From Aduncisulcus paluster (lineage: Eukaryota): a DNA stretch of 36,551 nt. The stretch spans positions 1 to 36,551 of the forward strand of contig BQXS01010791.1 of assembly GCA_024181965.1 (NCBI GenBank), in the 5' to 3' direction. The position numbers were made by a program, and so were the translations under genes. The notes beneath the pieces were generated by a model. It searched no databases, had not been told where the DNA came from, and was given only the letters and a program-made list of their open reading frames with translations. Below are positions 29,599 to 36,551 of the stretch, in pieces (position 1 is the first letter of the stretch; each line of letters begins with the position of its first letter).

Positions 29599-31743
29599 CT
29601 AGTGTCCTGGATCAATTGTGATGTTGAAACTTCTCTTGATCGAGAATGAAGCAGGCTGTGAATGATCTTCAGTGTATGTTCCTGGGCCAGGAACAGACAT
29701 CTTGGATGAGTCAATAAACCTATCACCTCGGCCAAACGAGTCTTTGGATACAATTCGATGATTATGGCTCTTCAGAGAATATGAACCTGGACCAGGCGTA
29801 TCACTAACCGACGTTTTCTGTTTCTCATAATTAAATCTATTATTAGATGAACCAAATGGAACAGATTCGGCTCTACGACGTCTAAAACCACCTGTGAATG
29901 ACCCAACATGACGCTGTCCTTTGCCCTTCTTCGCTCTACGAATCCTTTCTTTCTCATCTTTCTCCATAATTTCTTGACGTTTTAAAGACATTTTACCTTC
30001 ACCAAACCTTCCGGTTGCTGATTTAAACGAACTTCCACTCACACTTCTCTTCGGCTGGGGCCGGGAGGAGAGATCATAGGCACCAACAACACCACGACGT
30101 GCTTCTGCTTCACGTTTAACCTTGAACCGGACATTGCCACTCCCAAAACCGAGCATATCCCGGCCAGAACCGGCCAATTTCCTCTTGACTTTCCCGATAG
30201 TTTCAATTGCCTCAGGCATGTGTAACAAAGCCTCCTCTAGTCCTCTCTCAGCGGCTTCATTGTCGAATGTTTGGTCCTTGAGAGTTTGTTCACGGCGCCA
30301 AAGAGCAGCCTGCCACATCTTGTCTTTCCTTTTCCTCTCAATTAGAACCGGATCTGCCGAACGAACATCATACTGACCGACAGCAGGCAGTGCAGCGCTT
30401 GATTTGGACAATATTCCGTGGTCAAAACGTTGTGAACTTGAACCAAATGAGCCAATACCAAACTTAGAGGGTTTGAAAACAGCCTTGGGCATTGTGGAGG
30501 TTAGTTTATCTCGCAGTATTCCACCTTGAGGGGTATTCCCGGAGGTCGACGCTCTGAGTTTTGATGAAACAGCCGCAGACTGGCTTAATCTATCCTGTTT
30601 TTGAGGAGAAAGAGGTGCTGTCGACATTCTTGAACGCTCTTTTCTCGAGTTATTCCCATATTTGAGGACACTCTGGGTTTTGAGTTTCATGGGGCTCAGA
30701 AGATTATAACTACCGGGTCCAGGTTCATATTTAGAACCTCCAAGACGATCAATGTCATACATTTTCCTTGTAACAACTTCGGTGATGCCCAAACCACCAC
30801 GAGGACCATCACGATCACTGCCACTAATAAAGACCTGCCTGGGATGCAATAAAGATCGTTTCTCTTGGATAATACGCTCTTTTTCAATCCTATCTTCGAT
30901 CGTGAGATATTTCTGTGTATTGTAACAACCAGGACCAAGATTGGCATTCTCACTCGTACCGGTTTTGGAATAAGTTTGACCGCCACTGCCAGAAGTTCCA
31001 CTAAAGAAGGCCGCCGATGGACGGAGAAGATCTTTACCAGTGACTTGACTACAATCAGCGACAGAATAATGGAACACGTTGTAATGGGAGGGGCCGGGCA
31101 ATTCTCTGGGCAATGGATTCAATAAATATGGAACACTTCCGGCTTTCTCACGCCTTTTGCGGACGGATTCCCCAGCACTCTTGGTTCTATCGGGAGCTTT
31201 TGCCCAAGCACTTTCGGCCTTACCTCTCATGGATATTCTATGCTTTTTTTCTCTGTCAATAACATATGATCCGGGACCAGGCTCCTCATTATCGCCAGTA
31301 AATATCCTCTTGGGCATGATTGCAGGAGCTGTGGGCTCTCTTTCGGCTTTTATAGAAAGTTTGGCATGGTTAATATATGCTAAAGATGGTTTTTTTCTCG
31401 TTTCACGATCAATATGGGAACAATAGGAGCCGGGACCAGGCATATCGGACTTCTGAGTCTTAAAACGGGAGTGTCTTCCACCAAATGATGGCTGTAATTG
31501 TCTTTGTCTTCTAGCAGCATCGGAAGTCACACTTCTATCGTCCAAAATATATTCACCTACACCAGGAGTCTTGAATTTGCTATCAGCAATAGTTTTCCTT
31601 TCAGAAGTACTAAAGAAGGGTGCTCTTGATAAAATGGTCTTCCTTTCTGAAGGAATAGAATATGAACCAGGACCTAAATGAGAAGCATTTCGTCCTCCAG
31701 TAAGAAAATCAAAAGATCTTTCAGATCTTGCACAAAATGCCAT
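29599..31743 (-). CDS. SHIPPO-1/ODF3/STPG-type PGP-repeat axonemal protein
   Basis: About 11 PGPGxY-type repeats (LGPGSY, PGVGEY, PGPGSY x4, PGPSHY, LGPGCY, PAVGQY, GVVGAY, PGPGTY) with FxSxxxRF spacers in a basic 714-aa protein. Confidence 0.9.
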   Translation of the reverse strand: MAFCARSERSFDFLTGGRNASHLGPGSYSIPSERKTILSRAPFFSTSERKTIADSKFKTPGVGEYILDDRSVTSDAARRQRQLQPSFGGRHSRFKTQKSDMPGPGSYCSHIDRETRKKPSLAYINHAKLSIKAEREPTAPAIMPKRIFTGDNEEPGPGSYVIDREKKHRISMRGKAESAWAKAPDRTKSAGESVRKRREKAGSVPYLLNPLPRELPGPSHYNVFHYSVADCSQVTGKDLLRPSAAFFSGTSGSGGQTYSKTGTSENANLGPGCYNTQKYLTIEDRIEKERIIQEKRSLLHPRQVFISGSDRDGPRGGLGITEVVTRKMYDIDRLGGSKYEPGPGSYNLLSPMKLKTQSVLKYGNNSRKERSRMSTAPLSPQKQDRLSQSAAVSSKLRASTSGNTPQGGILRDKLTSTMPKAVFKPSKFGIGSFGSSSQRFDHGILSKSSAALPAVGQYDVRSADPVLIERKRKDKMWQAALWRREQTLKDQTFDNEAAERGLEEALLHMPEAIETIGKVKRKLAGSGRDMLGFGSGNVRFKVKREAEARRGVVGAYDLSSRPQPKRSVSGSSFKSATGRFGEGKMSLKRQEIMEKDEKERIRRAKKGKGQRHVGSFTGGFRRRRAESVPFGSSNNRFNYEKQKTSVSDTPGPGSYSLKSHNHRIVSKDSFGRGDRFIDSSKMSVPGPGTYTEDHSQPASFSIKRSFNITIDPGH

Positions 31744-32044
31744 ATCAATCGATTACTCAAGCTATTATAACAAAAATATATAAATATAACAAATACAGTT
31801 GAATATTCTGGAATATATTGTTAAACTTGGGTCAAAACTGGAAAATTGTAATTCGCAATCCAAGGAAATTTAAAGGGCGTTTTAAGCCAAATAAAATAAA
31901 ATTTACTGGCAATGTATAATCAAAATATCAAATTAATGCAACAAACTTCTGCTTGAGTGCGGACAGGGTATCAATGTAAAAAATTCGGGAGAGAGACGAT
32001 TCCATCTTCATCTTCAACATAAAAAAATATCAGGTACTCAAATT

Positions 32045-32707
32045 TCATTCAGTTTTAATAATGAAATTGGCCAATTCTTTTGATATTTTGTGGAGAGGAA
32101 ATCCCATCACATTGAAATAAGATCCATGCATTTCAGTGCACCATGTTGATGCTGTACCCTGAATTGCATACCCACCAGCTTTATCGTATGGCTCAGAAGA
32201 CTTCGAATATTCTTCAATGAGAGCAACGGGAATATCTCCGAAGGTTAACTCAGTAGTATCGTGGAAAGATACAACAGAATTCTTCCCATCCTTTGAATAT
32301 TTTCCATTTATAACCATACAAACCCCAGAGATAACACGATGCGTTGATCCTGATAATTTGGAGAGAATTTCAAGTAAGTCTTTTGTATCCTTGGGTTTTC
32401 CAACTATTGGAGATCCCCTGTGTGTTTTATGTTCAGGAAATATAACAACAGTATCAACACCGATAATTAAATCCCATTCTTTGTCCTGAGCTTGGCAATG
32501 ATCAACAACCCATTGAGCTTTACCAACGGCAGACGCAGTAACATAGTCATCGGGACGAAGAGATATATCAACGGTATCTTCATCAAACTTACTTTTAATG
32601 ATTTCAAACTTCACTCCAATCTGGGACAGAAGTTCTTTACGTCTGGGTGACCCTGAACCTAATATGATTTTTTTAGAGTTCAATTTTTCAAGTAAATGCA
32701 AAATCAT
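32045..32707 (-). CDS. maf: Maf/YhdE-family nucleoside triphosphate pyrophosphatase (ASMTL N-domain-like), 220 aa
   Basis: IILGSGSPRRKELL, IIGVDTVV, GKP, LSGSTHRVISG, EPYDKAGGYAIQG, GSYFNVMGFP. The first ATG is at 32707; the ORF-track start is TTG. Confidence 0.95.
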   Translation of the reverse strand: MILHLLEKLNSKKIILGSGSPRRKELLSQIGVKFEIIKSKFDEDTVDISLRPDDYVTASAVGKAQWVVDHCQAQDKEWDLIIGVDTVVIFPEHKTHRGSPIVGKPKDTKDLLEILSKLSGSTHRVISGVCMVINGKYSKDGKNSVVSFHDTTELTFGDIPVALIEEYSKSSEPYDKAGGYAIQGTASTWCTEMHGSYFNVMGFPLHKISKELANFIIKTE

Positions 32708-32804
32708 TTGAAAATGGTGTTTGAAAGAATCTAGGAAACAAACCAATCAGGAAAAAAAATCGAATCTTGTGAAAATCCATTCTTGCCGGAATTTAGATTT
32801 ATTG

Positions 32805-33101
32805 ATGTCAAGACATACAATTAAAACGCAGAGAGAATTGGAATCGTGTATGAAAACTTTATCAGAATTATCTAGAATTGAAGATTTAGAGCTCCAACAA
32901 AAACTATCTGTAGCCAATCAAAATATAAGATTAGAAATTGAACGAATGAAATTACTTGAAAAAGGGATTACAATATTATCTCCTCCACAGGAAACAGAGA
33001 GATATTATCAGAAATTTCAGCTATTATTATCTGAAAGCGATGATCTATCAAAATCCTTGGCTGTTTTAGATAGTTATCAGAGTCAAAAAGATCTCCCATA
33101 A
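32805..33101 (+). CDS. Small coiled-coil protein (98 aa), weakly Snapin/Pallidin (BLOC-1)-like
   Basis: ORF from ATG 32805, divergent from maf across 97 bp. Heptad L/E/Q pattern. The family call is an impression only. Confidence 0.55.
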   Translation: MSRHTIKTQRELESCMKTLSELSRIEDLELQQKLSVANQNIRLEIERMKLLEKGITILSPPQETERYYQKFQLLLSESDDLSKSLAVLDSYQSQKDLP

Positions 33102-33272
33102 AATTACTTATTTCTCCGATATATATTAGCCATCATTTTCATTCTATTGGCCATAATACGCTCACCTTATTTTACACGCATCCTATGCATTTATTCTAAT
33201 ATTTTTGAAAATCACATTTAATTATTTAATGGCAATCGATATTTAGATCAATAAATAATTGAGATTGTGCTT

Positions 33273-33971
33273 TTAGAATTGGAGAAGTTTACTATTTTGA
33301 AAAGGAAGAACACCAATCGATGTTGGCAAAAATATTGAAGCTCCTTCAGTTGGCCACTGAAACTGTTCTATCTCTTCTTCTTTTTTATCATCGTGTATCT
33401 CTTCTTTCTTTTCATCTTCATCTTCCTCATCCTCTTTTTCTATCTTATCTGGATCATATGCATGTGCAGACCGAACCGCATCATCTTTTTGTTCAATTAC
33501 CACATCATCTATTTCCTTAATAAATCCCTTTCCCGTTAATACATCGGTCGAAAATACCTTTTGCTCCCCCTTTTCATCTAACAATTCTGACTCTGGAAGG
33601 ACTGAAATATCACGCTTTTTAGGCCCTCTATCTTTCGAAGGTTCGACTTTAACGGTAAAAGTAATTTGTTTTTTCCTTAAATCCTGAGAATATTCGACAG
33701 AATCTTCAATTACTGGATAAGGAAGTTTAATAACAATTGAATATATATTTAAATATTTAAAAAGAAGTAATCTCTTCTGCAAATCGGCATCAATCTTTGA
33801 ATAATCTTTGACATAAGGGATAGATAAAGTTATAACGAGAAAATCAGGTCGACGAATAATATCATCGTAGGATGGATTTCCAACAATATCTGAGGATCCT
33901 CTATGCACTGTATGATCAAGAGATTGAAAACTTGACCGCTCTTTAATTGAATATTGTGGCTTGATGGGCAT
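33273..33971 (-). CDS. Kintoun/DNAAF2-like protein containing only the PIH1 CS-like domain, an acidic linker and the C-terminal FQNS motif
   Basis: 'KPQYSIKER', 'RPDFLVITLSIPYV...YSIVIKLPYPV...KKQITFTVKV' and terminal 'LPFQNSKLLQF' resemble the C-terminal half of DNAAF2/PF13. Start at ATG 33971 or 33992. Confidence 0.7.
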   Translation of the reverse strand: MPIKPQYSIKERSSFQSLDHTVHRGSSDIVGNPSYDDIIRRPDFLVITLSIPYVKDYSKIDADLQKRLLLFKYLNIYSIVIKLPYPVIEDSVEYSQDLRKKQITFTVKVEPSKDRGPKKRDISVLPESELLDEKGEQKVFSTDVLTGKGFIKEIDDVVIEQKDDAVRSAHAYDPDKIEKEDEEDEDEKKEEIHDDKKEEEIEQFQWPTEGASIFLPTSIGVLPFQNSKLLQF

Positions 33972-34303
33972 GTAGAAGCAAAACAAACACATTGTTGAAA
34001 TGAGAAAAGTGCATGTGCTATTTCGGATTAAAATGGTAATAAATTGGAATGATATGTAAAAATTAAGGTGTAAATATTTGATATTTACAGAGAATAATTC
34101 ACACGATCACGTCAAAATTAATCTTAGAAAGGATAGAGGAAAATGGTCCACCAATATTTCATATTTTAGTGCCCATTATCCTAAATTCCCTCTTCTTTTA
34201 TTGCGTTCTTGATTTTTTTGATTCTTGACCCTTTTGTCTAAAAATAGAGATCGATCTTTTTATTTGCTAGATTTGTTAACACCTACGAAATTTCGATTGA
34301 GTT

Positions 34304-35608
34304 ATGAGTGAAACTGAGCAAAAACTTGAAGATATCTCCAGCCCAAAAGAAGAGATTGTTGAAGAACCAGTTAAGACTGAAGAGGATGATCACACAAGTA
34401 TCGAGGAAATGGATGAACGCGTTGAGGAGAAAGATGTCGCTGAAGAAGTCAAAGAAGAATTAGAGGAAGAGGTTAAGGAAGAGTCTAAAGAGGAAGAGGC
34501 TCCTGTTGTAGAAGAAGAGGAAGAGAAAGAAGAAGAGAAAATCGAAGAGCCTGGAACTGTTGTACCTCCTGGAGACTCTGAAGAAGTTGAAGAGCCACAA
34601 CCTGTTCAGGCTGAAATCCAGCCTACCAAGGAATTCCAAGATGCTTTCTACAAGAAATTGCAAGATGACGATGTTTTTTTCATTTATAACAGATGTTCTA
34701 ACCAAAAGGTCGGTATTTTATCCATTGAAGACCTTAAGGGTCTTATCAACGAGCAACAAAGGCAGCTCTATCCTCGCTTAGATGAATTTAAGAAGCAGAA
34801 CGAGGAAATGAAGTTAGTTGAAGTTATTGAGGCCGCTGGAAATGCCAAGACTAATCTTGTTCAGGTTGCCGACCAGATTATTGCTAAAATTAAGGGTTTT
34901 GAGGCTGTTGCTTACACTGAATTGGCTGACAAGGCCTTTGATGACAAACTCATCGATGAGTCTTCTTACAAGAGGATTTATCACGGTATTCTACAAATCC
35001 TTGAGACTTTTATGACATGTTTCAAGCATACTATTTGTTTGTTTGTCTTTTTCGAGCAGGTCAATAAGCTTTCCAAGACTTTTGCTGATGAGACCAAAAA
35101 GGCTGAGTTACTCGAGTCTTTGACTGATTACAAGCTTCAGATTAAAAAGGCTCTCCCCGTTGCTAAGGCTGAGCTTAAGGCTGCTAACAAGGAAGTCAAA
35201 GCCTTGAGAAAGAGCACGGACGTTGCTGCTCAATTGAAAGGTCATAATACCGCCTTCCAGGCCAACTATCGCATTAATTCTTTGAATACCTGCCAGAAGA
35301 CTGTTGCTGCCGCTTTCAAGTTTTGTAAGAAGAGTGAAATTGAGTTTTCTCAATCGTTTGCCACTGTTATTAATGTGTGTCTTTTGATCCAAGCTGTCAT
35401 GGGAGGTTCTACTCAGTGTGATTTCCCTAGCATCCCTGTCCCTGCTCCCCTTGAGGCTAAGGTTGAGTTCCAAGCTCTTATGGATAAGGGTTTCCTCCTC
35501 CCTGTAGAAGTGGAAGCTGAGAAGACCGAGGAGAAGGTTGAAGAAAAGGCTGAAGAGCATGTGGAGGAGGCAGTTGAAGAAACTGGTGCTGCTGGAGAGG
35601 AGGAATAA
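34304..35608 (+). CDS. Hypothetical alpha-helical protein with Glu-rich termini; probably highly expressed
   Basis: 434-aa ORF with strongly biased codon use (AAG, GAG, GCT, TTC). No family recognised. Confidence 0.88.
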   Translation: MSETEQKLEDISSPKEEIVEEPVKTEEDDHTSIEEMDERVEEKDVAEEVKEELEEEVKEESKEEEAPVVEEEEEKEEEKIEEPGTVVPPGDSEEVEEPQPVQAEIQPTKEFQDAFYKKLQDDDVFFIYNRCSNQKVGILSIEDLKGLINEQQRQLYPRLDEFKKQNEEMKLVEVIEAAGNAKTNLVQVADQIIAKIKGFEAVAYTELADKAFDDKLIDESSYKRIYHGILQILETFMTCFKHTICLFVFFEQVNKLSKTFADETKKAELLESLTDYKLQIKKALPVAKAELKAANKEVKALRKSTDVAAQLKGHNTAFQANYRINSLNTCQKTVAAAFKFCKKSEIEFSQSFATVINVCLLIQAVMGGSTQCDFPSIPVPAPLEAKVEFQALMDKGFLLPVEVEAEKTEEKVEEKAEEHVEEAVEETGAAGEEE

Positions 35609-35892
35609 TGATTGATTTGGATTTTTGTTGTAGTATTCAAACATTGGAGGTATACTTTGTTTTCGGGAAGTAGCAAAATTAGCTTTGGAGTAAATTAACT
35701 TTGGATGATTATATTTATTTTGTTTTTGTAAGTTCTCTCAATATTTATTATGCTATCAACAAAGTCCGTTGATGAAGTCTAGCAGACGTCACAGTCGACT
35801 TCAACTTGAATACAAAATCTGCTTTTGTCGCAATTGAAGCGAATAGATTTGTTTTTTCGCAGATAAATATACCTTAATATTTCATCTCATTA

Positions 35893-36144
35893 ATGGGAAA
35901 ACCTTTGACAGCTTTCATTATCGGTGTTGGAACTGGAATTGTTCTCTCTCAGTGTATGTGAGTAATCGTTTTTAATATCTATTTTTAAGTCTTTTTCCTT
36001 TCGTACAGATGCTAATATTATTTGAACACGCTATTAGTTTATGATTTTCCTGATTTTGTCCCTTTTATTCAGATGACGAAGAAAAAATTTATATCATTAG
36101 AAAAAAAGATGAGAAAATCGAAACCGGGGCCTAAACCAAAATAG
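35893..36144 (+). CDS. STMP1: STMP1/C7orf73 (DUF4535)-like short transmembrane microprotein, 55 aa; exons 35893-35953 and 36038-36144
   Basis: GTATGT...GCTAAT...ATTAG intron (35954-36037). The spliced product MGKPLTAFIIGVGTGIVLSQFYDFPDFVPFIQMTKKKFISLEKKMRKSKPGPKPK has the family pattern FxxGxxxGxxLxQxYDxP plus a basic tail. Confidence 0.75.
35954..36037 (+). other. Spliceosomal intron (84 nt) in the STMP1-like gene
   Basis: GTATGT donor, branch-like GCTAAT at 36011-36016, TAG acceptor. The phase-1 join restores the Q-x-Y-D-x-P motif. Confidence 0.8.
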
Positions 36145-36551
36145 GCATTCTTTCAAAATCTATTCATATTTATATGCGATGTTAATATTGCATTTGTTAA
36201 GACAATCTTTTTATCTTGCCAAAGGAGCCTGAATTTTGTAAGATATGTGCTCCATTCAGTTGGTTTAATAAATATAACGTTAGTTTTGATTATAAATGCC
36301 ATTGGACATTTGGTCTTGGCGAGTTTTTCAAATGGGCAGGTTTATTTATAGGACGTAACAGGTTCTCGCTAAATTTTTAAACACTAGGATTTTACGATAA
36401 ATTGTTTCAGTAAAATTGGGTTTAATTTGCGAGATTTTTGGGTGTTTTTTGGCTGAAAGAACTAAAAGCTTAGGTGACTACCCTTGCTCTTTGGTTCTTT
36501 CTTTTGGATTAAATTCCAGCTGTAAGACGATACACAAGTCGCTTCTCTTAT

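Noticed and set aside
33972-34137. U12-like (TATCCTTT...CCTTAAT...AC) intron upstream of the kintoun-like gene
   Set aside because: The 5' end would be CT rather than AT/GT, the branch-like motif is far from the AC, and no plausible upstream exon joins in frame.
35768-35805. ATGA-containing hairpin as a SECIS element
   Set aside because: It has no apical AA or GA quartet geometry, and the upstream gene has no in-frame TGA.
1-36551. Alternative genetic code (TAA/TAG = Gln as in hexamitid diplomonads or some ciliates)
   Set aside because: Long ORFs contain no TAA/TAG, and recognisable genes end at TAA, TAG or TGA at the expected C-termini.
36400-36551. Possible 3' end of a minus-strand gene at the window edge (or a distant 5' exon of the kintoun-like gene)
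   Set aside because: Too short to assign a frame or family, and no PIH1 motif is recognisable.

Overview
This is gene-dense, AT-rich eukaryotic nuclear DNA. It uses the standard genetic code (TAA, TAG and TGA all terminate genes) and has a few short GT-AG spliceosomal introns with a recurrent GTATGT donor. Ciliary genes (BBS5, a SHIPPO/STPG-repeat protein, a kintoun/PIH1-CS-like protein) indicate a flagellated protist. The overall style suggests a free-living fornicate/metamonad such as Aduncisulcus, which is an inference only. One third of the window is an intronless ~4,160-aa type I surface protein that alternates internalin-type LRR blocks with EGF-like clusters. Other genes are an Nse1-like RING protein, a GlpT/UhpC-type MFS transporter, a Maf pyrophosphatase, two single-pass membrane proteins and several low-complexity hypotheticals. 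Missed or mis-called by the ORF track: (i) a spliced 55-aa STMP1/DUF4535-like microprotein gene; (ii) an orphan canonical EF-hand exon that may belong to a + strand gene whose intron contains the whole antisense MFS gene; (iii) introns placed right after start codons; (iv) a 321-bp scaffolding-overlap artefact that splits one gene.
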